Under the pieces are notes generated by a model. That model saw only the letters and a program-made list of their open reading frames with translations. It did no database searches and was not told where the DNA came from. A stretch of DNA of 64,000 bases from Nitrospirales bacterium (GTDB lineage Bacteria > Nitrospirota > Nitrospiria > Nitrospirales > UBA8639), in the NCBI GenBank assembly GCA_965203295.1, contig CBDBCZ010000014.1:512001-576000 (forward strand). The letters are read 5' to 3'. Each line of letters starts with the position of its first letter. Position 1 is the first letter of the stretch. Shown piece by piece: positions 1 through 50,941 of this stretch. The position numbers and the translations under genes are program-made.

Positions 1-66
1 TAATGATTTTTTGTGCTGTAGTTACAGCCATGTTGATATTCAGCCCTGTATATTTTATCATGCAGA

Positions 67-10326
<10,260 letters not shown>

Positions 10327-10554
10327 AAGAAGCAGAACTAACAGCTTCCTGTACATACTTAGAAAGTAGTGCATGTAGAATTTGCATGTAGTGCACAGTT
10401 TCTTTTACTGTGCAGCTTATGTAGTATAGGAATACTATAGTTGCTAGTGCTGTTGTCTAGAATAGAGTCCTTTTGTATCAAAGAGGAATACTAGCTAGTG
10501 TAGACTCTTCTTGTGTGATCAAATGGTATTCCTTCCTTTATAATTGTCCAGCCA

Positions 10555-11868
10555 TTTGGCATTCCTACACGCACACCCATCTCAAATCTGACTGAGGTGG
10601 ACAACCCTCTTGACAGCACTGACTGGGGATAGAACAATGTACATGTAGTCTGGCTCTTTCACAACAGGATTCCGATCCTGTTTTGGGACCTATAAACGAG
10701 GTTGTGAAATTCCTAGTGGACCTCTTCAAACAGGGGTACCAATATAGGTCAATCAATGCCTACCGGTCAACTATGTCATCAGTGCATGATAAATCAGATG
10801 GCTATGAAGTGGGGCAACATCCTTTGGCTAGTAGACTACTGAAGGGATATTTCACCAGCGACCTTCACAACCAAAGTACTCCGCAACCTGGGACGTGAAC
10901 CAGGTAACCACATACTTCCAAAATTTGGGGGGCAATAGCTGACTTTAAAACTGTCATGCTCATGGCTTTAACAAGGCCATCTAGGTCAGCAGACCTCAGC
11001 CAACAAAGTTGGCAAAACAGTCACGCTAGGGGAAAACCCTTCAGGAATTCTTCCCAAGTTTCCCTCACAACAAACTACTGTGTCCAGTGGACACACTGAA
11101 AGCGTACAAAAGGGAACCATGGGAATGACAGGTTATTCCTGGCTCTAATTAAACCACAAACTGGTTTGTTCCTCTACCATCACAACATGGGTCAGAACAA
11201 CCCTAACACATGCAGGGATAAACACTGACGTTTTCAAAGCACATTCCCCCAGAGGAGCTGCTAACAGCCGCACCAACAGCGGGATAACAACCTGCAACAT
11301 CCTCAAAGTGGCAGATTGGAGCACCCAATCAGTTTTCCAGAAATACTATTACAAACCGTCTAGGGACAGTAGGTTCAGAGAAGCAGTGCTCTGCTCACAA
11401 TAGGCTACAAACATACCATGTTGATATGTGAGACTGAGCATTCCGAAATATAATTACGGAATGGCCAAGACCACGCAGTGGTTGAAGGCCATTCAGAATT
11501 ATAAGGAATGTGAAATCAAGCACATTAGCATCCCACCCATAATTATACCATCCCAGAACACAAGTGTTTAATTGGATATCAACTTCACATACATGACTAC
11601 ATAAAGGAATGGCTTATTACGCTCACTGACAAAAGGACGATGAAATGAGCTATTTATAGACCTAACAAGTGTGAAATTCTATTAAAACAGCAGTGATGTC
11701 AGGGAAAACACCCTGATTATGTAATACTTACGGTTTAGCTACCAATGAGCTGTTTGAGTTGGAAAACTAAGGCCAATACCATGTTGATATGCTCGACTTC
11801 ACATTCCTCATATATATAATTCTGAATAGCCATCAACCACTGCGTGGTCTTGGCCATTCTGTAATTAA
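10555..11868 (+). mobile_element. DIRS1-like retrotransposon 3' remnant (tyrosine recombinase pseudogene + ICR/ITR-like repeats)
   Basis: Frameshifted translation FLVDLFKQGYQYRSINAYRSTMSSVH..VGQHPLASRLLKG, TWDVNQV, FKAHSPRGAA, ILKVADWSTQSVFQKYYYKP. Followed by an inverted repeat (~11451-11531 vs ~11781-11866) and a direct repeat taccatgttgatatg (11414, 11778). Confidence 0.85.
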
Positions 11869-12223
11869 CACCAGGCTGAGGTGCCAGTCAAAAATGTTCC
11901 TGGGAAAATGAGGTGTGATCGTTGTTCACAAATCTATCAGCAATGGAGTGTACAATAACAATGTATTTACAAAAAAGTGCCAAAAACGTAAGACACATAC
12001 TATGTTAAAAATAAACTGGTGAGAATAAAAAGGGTTAAAAAGGTTCTTAATAGATATAGCCTGCACTTCTACTTGCTCTTCTTATAATCATCTACAACTC
12101 CACATAGAAAAAACTGCAGAAAAATTACACCAAAAAGACACTTCGACTCTAAAGGCAGATATAAAAAATGAAAGTACATGTACATATCAATATACAAATA
12201 CACACAATAGCAGCCATTAAATT

Positions 12224-40850
<28,627 letters not shown>

Positions 40851-41742
40851 GATGTTTGCCTACAGATGAGAAAAACAATATTCATTGCTGACTTATCAGT
40901 TGGGTTAGACAACATACACAATGATAGCTTGTGATGACTTTCATTATGACTTACAAATTAAGGTCAGTTGTTGTGGACAGCACTGTTGATCTAGCCTGGT
41001 TCCCAGTTTTGACACACAGTAAAATCCCGGGAAGGAAGCTACTCTTAATCTATATGCATGCTCACTAACGTACCACTGCACACACGATAAGTGCATCCAA
41101 ACTGATCACATGTGCCATATCAACTGACTTAGATTATAGTAGTAGCTTACTAGCCAATCAAATCGCTAGAAATGAGGTCACTAATGTAGGTTAAAGCACG
41201 CGTGTGCACGTGCACGAACGCGTGCCTAGCAACCCCGATGGCCTAGCAATGCGTATAAAATCGTTCAGCCGTTGCCATGCTCACAGTCGCTTCAATATTC
41301 AGCATGGAGAGGAGTACGCTAACACGAGTGGAGGTGGTGGACGGCACAGAAGAGTTCGAATTGATTAAATAGCGTTTGCGTTGTGTTGAAGAGTGAATTT
41401 ACATCGCTGAAGCTATTGCCATGCGCCAGTCAAGGCCAACGCGTTCGGCCCGCAGCGTTGGCAGCGACTCCAGGGACATTCCAAGAGCGATACAAAACCC
41501 AGAGACTCTTCAATCAGCGCCTTCACTCAAGTGGCTCACTCTCTGAAGACGCATCTTGCAAGACATGTACAGCTATCGCCGAACTAGCTCTCAAGACTAC
41601 CTTCGAACACTGTAGCCTTGCGTAGCCAGCCCATGCAAGGCTACGAACACGTAGCAGTATTCCTGTGTACATGCATTGCTTGTTGTAGTGTTGTATTACA
41701 AAGTTTTTTTACAAAATACAGGAGCGAACTATAATCTAAGTC

Positions 41743-41901
41743 AGTTAGTGCACCCAAATACTCGGGCTCAACCTCCATTATTGACCTCGGAAAGTAATTT
41801 TCCCTCGAAAGGTCTCGGGCAAAGCCCTCGACCTTCCTCGGGGAAAATTACTTTCCTCGGTCAATAATGTCGGTTAGAGCCCTCGTCGGGGTGCACTAAC
41901 T
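41743..41901. repeat. Imperfect palindrome with about 5 TC/TC mismatches
   Basis: agttagtgcaccc..gaccTCggaaagtaattttcccTCgaaaggtcTCgggc-aaa-gcccTCgacc..ttactttccTCggtc..gggtgcactaact. Followed by attacata, like the 30.7-kb copy. Confidence 0.9.
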
Positions 41902-42591
41902 ATTACATAGATAGAATCTGTTCGCAGACACAAGTTACAGCAGGCTATTATTTCTGTGTTGCCAATTCATTACATACGCGGTACATTTTGATCGAGGATA
42001 CAGATTTGTGGTTAGGATAATATTAATGTTTCATGTGCACTTTCCTTGATGGATTGTATAGTGATCAAGTGACTTACACCTCCGCCACATACCCTATAGT
42101 TAATGACAAATTGCAGCCTAGATGGCAACGAGTGGTAGGCATCCAACTGGAAGTGCACAGTGAAACTGGCAAGTCACTTTCACTGTTTAAAGCCCATTAT
42201 AGAGCATATCAGGGTATGCTCTATATCTATGCATCTACGTATGTATGACAAAATGGGAATTCCACGTGCGGCATTCCGCATTTACGTAGGCGGAACAGGA
42301 TGGAACGTCCCGCTACTGTTCCGGGTTTTAGTAGCCGCCACCGGGGGTGACATGTGAAGAGGGACATGCATGGGATCATGAGCAACTGATAATCACTGGC
42401 ATAATAGGCACATGCTTGTAGGCCCCAGTGTGCAATTATCCATTACAAAACAGCATTGCCCCCCCCCCCCCCCCCCCATATACTGGATGCCACAAAATGA
42501 GCGCATAAATGGATATGTCCATTGGTTGGCAGGTGATATAGACAAGCTGATTTCCAGCCATACACGTACACCCAGTCAAGCAGCATGCAAA

Positions 42592-42722
42592 TAGCCTCGG
42601 TCCCAGGCTCTCATCCAGCTTTTCGTTGCTTACAATATAAGTACTGCAAGCGACAAAAAGCTGGATGAGAACCTGGTACTGCATGCCACTAAAAGCTGGA
42701 TGAGAGCCTGGGACCGAGGCTA
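42592..42722. mobile_element. TAG..CTA palindromic MITE (same family as 18382)
   Basis: tagcctcggtcccaggctctcatccagc ... gctggatgagagcctgggaccgaggcta; degenerate 9-bp TSD gcatgcaaa/gcttacaaa. Confidence 0.75.
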
Positions 42723-43617
42723 GCTTACAAATGCCAGATGCTAAACATGGCAGACGACACCTTTCTATAGCGCGAGTGCAGTGAGCGAGTTCAACAAGCA
42801 CAAGTTAGCACAAGCGCAACTACGCTTGTTCGCGTATGCTGAACATGCGCTTGGCCAGGATTTTAAGGCTAAACCCACCCAAGAAGCTGGAAAATAATCA
42901 TTATATACTTCTTCAGCTGTTCACTATAGCACTGCCAACCATAGGCGCGATTTAAGAATACGGAAGAATAAAAGTACTTATACACATTATGTGGACCCGT
43001 AACCTTAAGCTTACGTTACCTGGCTGGTTTAGTAGATGATCTCCAAACTCGGCAACACTAGAATATAGTAGCCACTTCGTATAACCTTTCTCAATGAATC
43101 CGTTATCTGCAGAAATGCACACTCGCTACATGGTGGAATGCGAAAACGCACGTGAACTTAATTAATCGTGAATCTAGTTAATGCAAGAATATTCTATGGA
43201 GTTTCAGTATGTTACGTATAGGATAGACTACACCAAAGAGTGGGTTATGCGCCTATGTAACCCACGAGTTTGCGGTTATCCCGAGGCGAAGCCGAGCAAA
43301 CAAGTGGGTTATAGCGCATAACACACGAGTGGGTGTGGTCTATCTGACTTATACCACGTTGCGCATGCGTACAATCTTCGCTGCGTAGCAACGTAGCGAA
43401 CTGATAAAAAGTGTGGGTTATGAAGCTATGTAACCCATACTTTTTAGCCAATCATTTTTATTGTTGATGATGTAATGCGGTATAATTCAGTATAGTACGT
43501 TACTATAGTAACAAGTGTATGGAATAATTTTCATAGAGTGTAGTAAGAATCCCATAGAGCATAGGAAGCTGCCGGATTAAATTCTTGCAGTTAACATAAT
43601 AATACTAAATAACTCAG

Positions 43618-44468
43618 AGCAGCAGGAACACCAGGGAACAGCAGGAACAGCAAGGAATGGCAGGAACACAAGGGAACAACAATAATATCAGGGAACAGCT
43701 ATGTTCTATAACTAGACCTCAACTTCGCCTCGGCCTAGTTAGAACATAGCTGCCCATGTTCTAAGCTATACATAGCAGTTCACTGGTGTTCCTGCTATTC
43801 AAGGCTCTGGTGTTCCTGCTGTTCCCTGGTGTTCCTTGGTGTTCCTACTGTTCCCTGGTGTTCCCTGGTGTTCCTACTGTTCCCTGCTGTTCCCTGGTGT
43901 TCCTACTGTTCCCTGGTGTTCCTGCTGTTCCCTGGTGTTCCTGCTGTTCCCTGCTGTTCCCTGGTGTTCCTGCTGTTCCCTGGTGTTCCTGCTGTTCCCT
44001 GCTGTTCCCTGCTGTTCCCTGGTGTTCCTTGGTGTTCCTACTGTTCCCTGCTGTTCCCTGCTGTTCCTGCTGTTCCTTGGTGTTCCTGCTGTTCCCTGGT
44101 GTTCCTGCTGTTCCCTGCTGTTCCCTGGTGTTCCTGCTGTTCCCTGGTGTTCCTGCTGTTCCCTGCTGTTCCCTGGTGTTCCTGCTGTTCCTTGGTGTTC
44201 CTGCTGTTCCCTGGTGTTCCTACTGTTCCCTGCTGTTCCCTGGTGTTCCTGCTGTTCCCTGGTGTTCCCTGGTGTTCCTGCTGTTTCTTGCTATTCCTTG
44301 CTGTTCCTGCATGGTGTTCCTGCTGTTGCTTGCTGTTCCGGCTGTTCCTTGCTGTTTCTGCTGTTCCTTGCTGTTTCTGCCGTTCCCTGGTGTTCCCTGC
44401 TGTTTCCTGGTGTTCCTGCTGTTCCTGCTGTTCCGTGGTGTTCCTGCTGTTCTTTGCTGTTCCTGCTG
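43618..44468. repeat. 9-10-bp minisatellite (gttccctgct/gttccctggt/gttcctgct) with a short inverted arm and a central hairpin
   Basis: Main array at ~43783-44468, reverse-complement units at 43618-43697, and between them the hairpin cagctatgttct..cTCaac-ttc-gccTCggcc..agaacatagctg (43696-43752). Confidence 0.92.
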
Positions 44469-44998
44469 TGAACCTATTGTCACGCAGTATTACAAGCAAT
44501 CCTGAGGTGGTGCAAGTTGGGGAGTAGCTAGCTAGACTATGTATAACTGTACATAGCAGTGAATGTTGGAAGTTCATACACTCTTCTGTTTTGAAGCTGT
44601 GAACCTGGGTACAAATGAGCACGGTAAGCAAGTGCACGACACCTGGTGTCCACGACATATGATATCAGCGTTAAGTACGTAAAACAACATTGTGTACTTG
44701 TGTGTGATGATTGCCATATGGCACATCATGTGTTCAACCACATACGGAAGTTGGAGAAAAATGCATTTACGGCAATATTCGCTTAATTTGAATAGATAGC
44801 TAGCACGATTAGATCTGTGAAAGTCTGAAGTTTATACACTGTTCTGTTTTGAAGACGTGGAGCCTGGCACAAAATCGGCCACTAACGCTACCAGGTCTGA
44901 TACAGTCATGACAGTAATGAATGATAAACAAAGCTTGCTATGAATTCCAGCACTTTATTGCAAGCAGAATACAGTTGTGCTTACACTATTGTGCTTAC

Positions 44999-45152
44999 CC
45001 CATCCAAGGAGTAAGAAGAACCACCACTTCTTAGACAGCCAGCTGAAAACTACTACTAGCATCAGGTAAAGCATGATGCCCTCACACAACATCCAACAGA
45101 AGGCAACCAGGAAGAAGTAGTGCAGGAGTGCTGCAACAACTGCACAGCCAAT
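44999..45152 (-). pseudogene. Orphan adhesion-GPCR exon (TM3-TM4)
   Basis: AG..GT-bounded open exon [52 protein letters not shown]; no partner exons recognised. Confidence 0.75.
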
Positions 45153-45302
45153 CTGAAAGTAGATACGTAATTCTTATGAAGCACGATTATGTTTCTGCCA
45201 ACACTAGAATGTTGAAACATAATTTGAGATGAACCAAACTAATTGCTTAGCTCACCAAGAGTGGAGAAAGAACATCTGAATTGAGAACAAATGTTCACCT
45301 CC

Positions 45303-46197
45303 TTACATTAAATTGTAAGTCTCTTCTTTTGCAAACCTCTTTCATGCTTTAATGATACGCATTTGTATGGACTCAGGATGACTGATACACAATGCAGCAT
45401 GATGTTTGCTGCTTCTGCTGGTAAACACCTACAAGCCAGTACTTTGATCGAAGTAAAACGCTTCATGTCATTTGCAGCATTGCAAATCTGTTAAAAAAAA
45501 GAGTACCAATTAATGAATTCTGCAGTTACAAAAAAGTGTATAGAGGTAGTGGAAAATCATTTAGCTGCTGCAATCCAAAAACAAGAGTAGTCACAACTTT
45601 CACAATCAATACTATAGCCAATTACATTCACGGTATATATAGAACACCACATTAGAGTTTAAATTTATGTTTAAAGCTGGTCATACAAAATTCATTGCAA
45701 TATAACCTGCAATAGCAACTTGAATGTCTCCAAGCTCCAAACTCGGTACTAGACAGTAGTCATTTAACACACCCAAGAAGAAGAATGCCCTTTCCCTCTC
45801 TTGACAAACACCACAGCACTCGATGAACTTGTTAATAAGCTCAGTATTTGGAATAATCCGAGGAACTTCTTTTGACAAATAACCGCCACAAAATATATGA
45901 TAGACAATCCACCTAGTAGCTTTGATGCTTCCATTACAGAGAGAGCCTTCTACTAGAATATGATATGTTTCTACATCAGGTTCAATTTGATCGGCAATCA
46001 TATCCCTATACGCTGTGAGTGTTGCTCCCATGTGTCCCAATCTTCAGCATGCTTTTAGCCCAAGGTTGTAGGCTTTTACATTTCTTGGTGCATTCTTTGC
46101 TTTCATAAGCTGTAAAAAAATAAGTTGGAAGCCATACTTTGACCTTCAAGATACGGACGTACGTATGCATGAAAAGTTCACTTCTGTATACCATCAT
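45303..46197 (-). pseudogene. PPR-like repeat protein relic
   Basis: YRDMIADQIEPDVETYHILV, IIPNTELINKFIECC, VPSLE..TFKLLLQ|ICNAAND. Frameshifts near 46040 and 45735. Confidence 0.55.
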
Positions 46198-49100
46198 CTT
46201 ATATGCTTTCCTGTTATTATAATTGAAAATACAGCATGCCGCGTGTGCTTATGAACCAACTACCCATGTGTGTATGTACTACTGTACCAACTAGTGAATG
46301 AAGCCAATCCTGGGGTCCGAAAACTATACAGTAATTTACAGATTACTACTTCTGTGCTACGGCTTGCAATTTTCCTGAAGCAGCACAGTAGTAGCAGGGC
46401 TTATGAATAAACATATTATGTATTGCCAAAACGAAGAACGACAGAGAGTTTTAGCTACGTACATATTTAGCTATTCTACATGTACGTACATACTCTTAGC
46501 TGGCATGTAAGTATGTGCTTGAAATAGTCTATCGAGCTAGGAAGGATCTAGTTTGATAGACTAATGCTTGAACTGCATCACGTACATACTAGCTGTCATG
46601 CTTACACAGAGGTATAATTTATAGCCAGAACCTCGTAGGTGTGTTTGTCGAATGCAGACCGGCCATGAAAGAAGTCATGCTGGACAAATGGCTGCAGTTC
46701 TTCTTCATTTCCACACCTACATAAGGAAGGAAATATGCTGTCAGTAAGTACCAGTCACACACTGTTAAGTTATCCAAAGCCATGGTATGTGCATAGCGCA
46801 GATTAGGTGCTGAAAGAAATTACCATTATACATGTAACATATGCATATCTTCTGATTGAGCTTACAGTTGTGCAGTAAAGCACTAACTTATTCATGGCGC
46901 GCCTCTAGATACGTGTAGCATGTGAAGAGAATTGTACTTATTTCCACTGTTTAGCATCTATGCAACACAAAACTATACTGCTCGATGAAGACAACTTCCA
47001 GTAGTACACTCTGTAACTATTATAGTGTACTAACCAGTTTCTAAAGATGATGTACACGCACACAATCTACATAACATTATTCTTCACACGCAGAACTTAC
47101 GTACATATATAACAGGCAACTCATGCAGCTACATTTCAAGGCTAGCTTTTTAAGCTATTACTAGGCATGCGCAGCTTTATGCACATATATTAATATGTAT
47201 GGCCAAGTGCAGCCTCTTTTTACATGCTAACAATGTGACTCGTGACCTTGGAGAGAACTACTCCCACATTCTTCTCCAAAATGGCAAGATATAATAGGAA
47301 GGTCTGTGTTCCAGGTAGCATAATTATACAAACACTCTATGTACCTTTGGGTGTCCCTGAGCTATAGCCTGGAGGTAGATAGCTGCATTCACCACTTGCA
47401 AGGCTTGCTTTGCATGTAATGAATACTCCACATCTGCTACGTGTACCTTTAGGAAATATACATCACGTACACACTTAGTCAGCTAGATTACACATTATCA
47501 CTATGCTGTAAAGCATTTTTAGTGAAAGAGTTATTAACACATGCTTAAAAAATACACAGTAAACTCGTACTCTGGAAAATAAATATGAGGCAACATGGGA
47601 ACAACCCTAAGTGTTAGCACGCTTAGTTAGTATACTGATTAACATTCACCTCAAACACATATAGCTGTAAACACTGAGCCCTGAATGGGACAAAATATAT
47701 CAGAATACACCATACACTGCCTATTCGAATATTAATCAAATATTAATCAGTGCACTTACTCTATCACTCAGTGTAGAGTCCTTCCAGAAAAGATTATACA
47801 CCTACAATAATACACAGTGTTAAAACATCATATAAGCATTCAATACATGCGCTGGCAATGACATACAAAAGTGACATGCTCACCAGTACAACTATACCAA
47901 GACATTACAACTGTACAGAAACTGTTAGTCACTACAAAGTACATATACATGACAATAAAACAACCTTGGCTGCAGTTTTCCAGTCTTGAAATTTTGCAGC
48001 ACTCCCAAAATCAAGTGTAACTGATCTCATTGGTACTGTGATAGAGCTACGTATGTATGCATATAGAATGATAGCATGGCATGAACCATGATGTGATACT
48101 GTTACATTAGCATACGTATGTGTGCATGCATCGTTGAAATTAATAAGGCTAAAAAAAATGATATAAACGGGTGGCTCTTTAGGTTTACTTATGGAAATTA
48201 AATACTTTACCAAACTCTCTTAGTAGCTATAAGCATTCAGTTAGATGGCTTGGCAATTGCTGTGAAAATATCTACGCTAGCTGTATTGTAGCCTTTTAAC
48301 ACTGTACGTTGGTCAACTAGTAGCAGTCCAGTAGGTGCAAAAAGCATCTGCCATACCCTACAATGCTTGCCAACCTGTGCTGTTTATTCTGGATTGTGAC
48401 ACGTTCAATTAAAATGGTCCAGCTTTACTACTATTAACCGAATTTACATGTAAACGTATTCTGCATCGAGCTTGAAATCTTGATAATATATGGCATGCAT
48501 GTTCCATGCCTGTTACATGGACTTTGACAGACATTCCAGGACCTAGAAACATGATTGTTCATATCAGAACATGCATGCATGCTTCCTTCAAATTTAAAAC
48601 ATGCATAGTCATGCAAGAACATGCATAGTCATGCAAGAACATGCATGGTCATGCAAAGTATATCCAATGCTATGCATGCAACATGCACGTAAACTGCAGG
48701 TACATACATGCAAGACATGCATAAGTTACATGAAGCAGGCATGGAACATGCATGCCATTTTTTCACTTAGCCCATGAAATGGAAACTGGCTGGTACAAAT
48801 ATATTACCGATAATTAAAGGCATTAAATACCAGTGTTACAGAGAAGTGATAAGGAATCTTCATGAATTGATCTTTACTACAATTTAATATGAAGCTGAAA
48901 TTAAAAAACACCTACATGTATGTAAACACCCGACTTGTTAATCACTTGTCGATGATGCTCATTTATACATGTAGGCTACAGTTTGCTTTGAGTGTCTCAT
49001 CTCATGAGGACACTGCAGCAGTTTCACTTTTACATGTACAAGTAGGTCAAAATATCTCCACATAAACACTCAGAGGCCCTCATGTATGTATGTAGGTAGA

Positions 49101-50236
49101 CCCAAGCTACACGGACATGTACATAGCAACTGTAAGGATGAAACCTGCAAACTGCTACATTGTTCTCTTGCAGCACCCAGAGCAAACTGCAGCCTATGAA
49201 CGAGAATTACCAGCAGGTAATTACCAAGTCAGGTGTTTTTAATTTCAGTTACTTATTAAATTTCAATCATGAAGGCTCATTATCACTCCTCTATAAAACT
49301 GGCATTGTTTGAATGTGGGCTGTACAAGCAAGCACATGTAGCAATATTAACTGGGAGGCTTCCATGTAGGCCATCATATATTATGACCAGACTTTAACTA
49401 TAGCTGTAGGTATACGTACTTACCCCCACTTTATGTTTGTGAATACTCTGAGAGCTATAGCTGGTTGGTTTGCTAGTGAGAACCCACTGGCTAACGCCAG
49501 AGATGAGGCAGTGTAAAGATCACCATAATACTGCATGTAATGCACACATCACAAGTAATCAAAAACTAATGTAACCGTACACACATGTATACACGTGATC
49601 TTAGAAGTGGTGAAGCCTGCATGGGTCCTAAAAATATCATCAGAAGCTTGGAAGGAGTGGGTAGGGACGTATACACTGTCTGTGGTATATACATGCATTT
49701 AAGCCAAACTCTTTAATAAGCAATCCCATTGATGCGTGTTTATTGAGTGCACCAAGTGCCTCCAGTTTTACAACATGCAGGTATGAGTTACTGGTCATAA
49801 ATATGATGACACACTTCCAAGGCTGAGGATGAAATGGTCATACTCTAGCAAACCCCTGGCGGCTTCAGCCAGGAACTGCTCATCATCCTGAATGGAAGTA
49901 CGTAAATCAGAGTCATGTTTAAGGCTTGTGCTAGAACATACATAAGTACCATCAGTACAACTGACTTATTAAGCTAGTAATGTCACCAGTACTAAAATGG
50001 AGTTAGAATCTGTAAGTTATGTCTATAGGCTTGGGACGTTTTGTTTTGCTGCAGAATACGTCCATGGAAGTGTAAGGTATCAATAGTATCTCCACTTACA
50101 TAGTAAACCATAAACGTACTGCAATGTATACGAACAGTTAGATATGTATACAGTAACCTATCCAACTATATCGTAAACTTCAGATCTGCATTTACACACA
50201 TACCTCTATCTTAGGTGTTGTATACGTATGCTGTAA

Positions 50237-50718
50237 ACTAGAAGTCTCTAGCAGAGACATACCCCGCGGTGCATAATTCACAACTTGGAGCTGGCAGGAC
50301 TGCAGACTGGACTGATCGAGTAGTTGGCAATGTGTACATGTATATCACTGGCTGTGTATCCACACGCAGAGTGTACGCGTATATATATATCTGTATATCC
50401 TATGGGAAGTGGTGGGCATGACTGATTGCCAATATGAACACGTGACCAGAGTCCGTATATGCCTGGCCTCTATCGTATTCTAGTTGTGACCGTATTAAAA
50501 TGGCAGAATACACCTTTGTTAAATAAGAAATAGCTGTAGATACAGCGAATGGAACCGCTTTGGCGACTATCAGGTACACACCCGGACATTTGTTTTTTGA
50601 TTTCAATGTTACTGTCGTGTTTAGCAATCGCTTAACCCTGTAAATCGCGAGATAGGCCGATTTTTGAGTGGACAGACACCTGACAGACGGACGGACGGAC
50701 GGACGGACAGAACCAATT
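50237..50718 (+). mobile_element. HINE family A copy, 5' part (3' part at 59060-59101)
   Basis: Closely matches 23449-23909. The missing tail gcttaacccc..gcggggtaa resumes at 59066. Confidence 0.9.
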
Positions 50719-50941
50719 TACGGTGGCCCTGAGAGACACTCCGCGACGTAAGCGGGAGCGCCGCCCAGCTGGCGGAGGTATGAACGCCGATTGGTCGGGA
50801 GCGCCGCTCGCCTAGCGGAGGTATAAACGCCGGTTAGGCGGACCGGAGGCCGCTCGTACGGCGCAAGAAGTTCACTGTCGAAATGCGATCGCGCGATATC
50901 GCAGCGATATGATAGTTTAAGTCATGTGATCCAACTACAAG

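Noticed and set aside
41150..41650. CpG-rich stretch as promoter of the minus-strand receptor gene
   Set aside because: The position is plausible, but no specific element or TSS can be supported from sequence alone.
43786..44658. 200+ aa Cys/Pro/Leu-rich and Gln-rich ORFs on both strands
   Set aside because: They are by-products of a stop-free 9/10-bp minisatellite that is open in nearly all frames.
46620..46717. NCSHLSSMTSF as a second GPS motif for the orphan aGPCR exon
   Set aside because: It lacks the upstream W/C residues, the frame stops shortly after, and another frame is equally open.
48490..48760. CATG-rich low-complexity tract with a 20-bp tandem repeat
   Set aside because: No termini or coding signal could be established.
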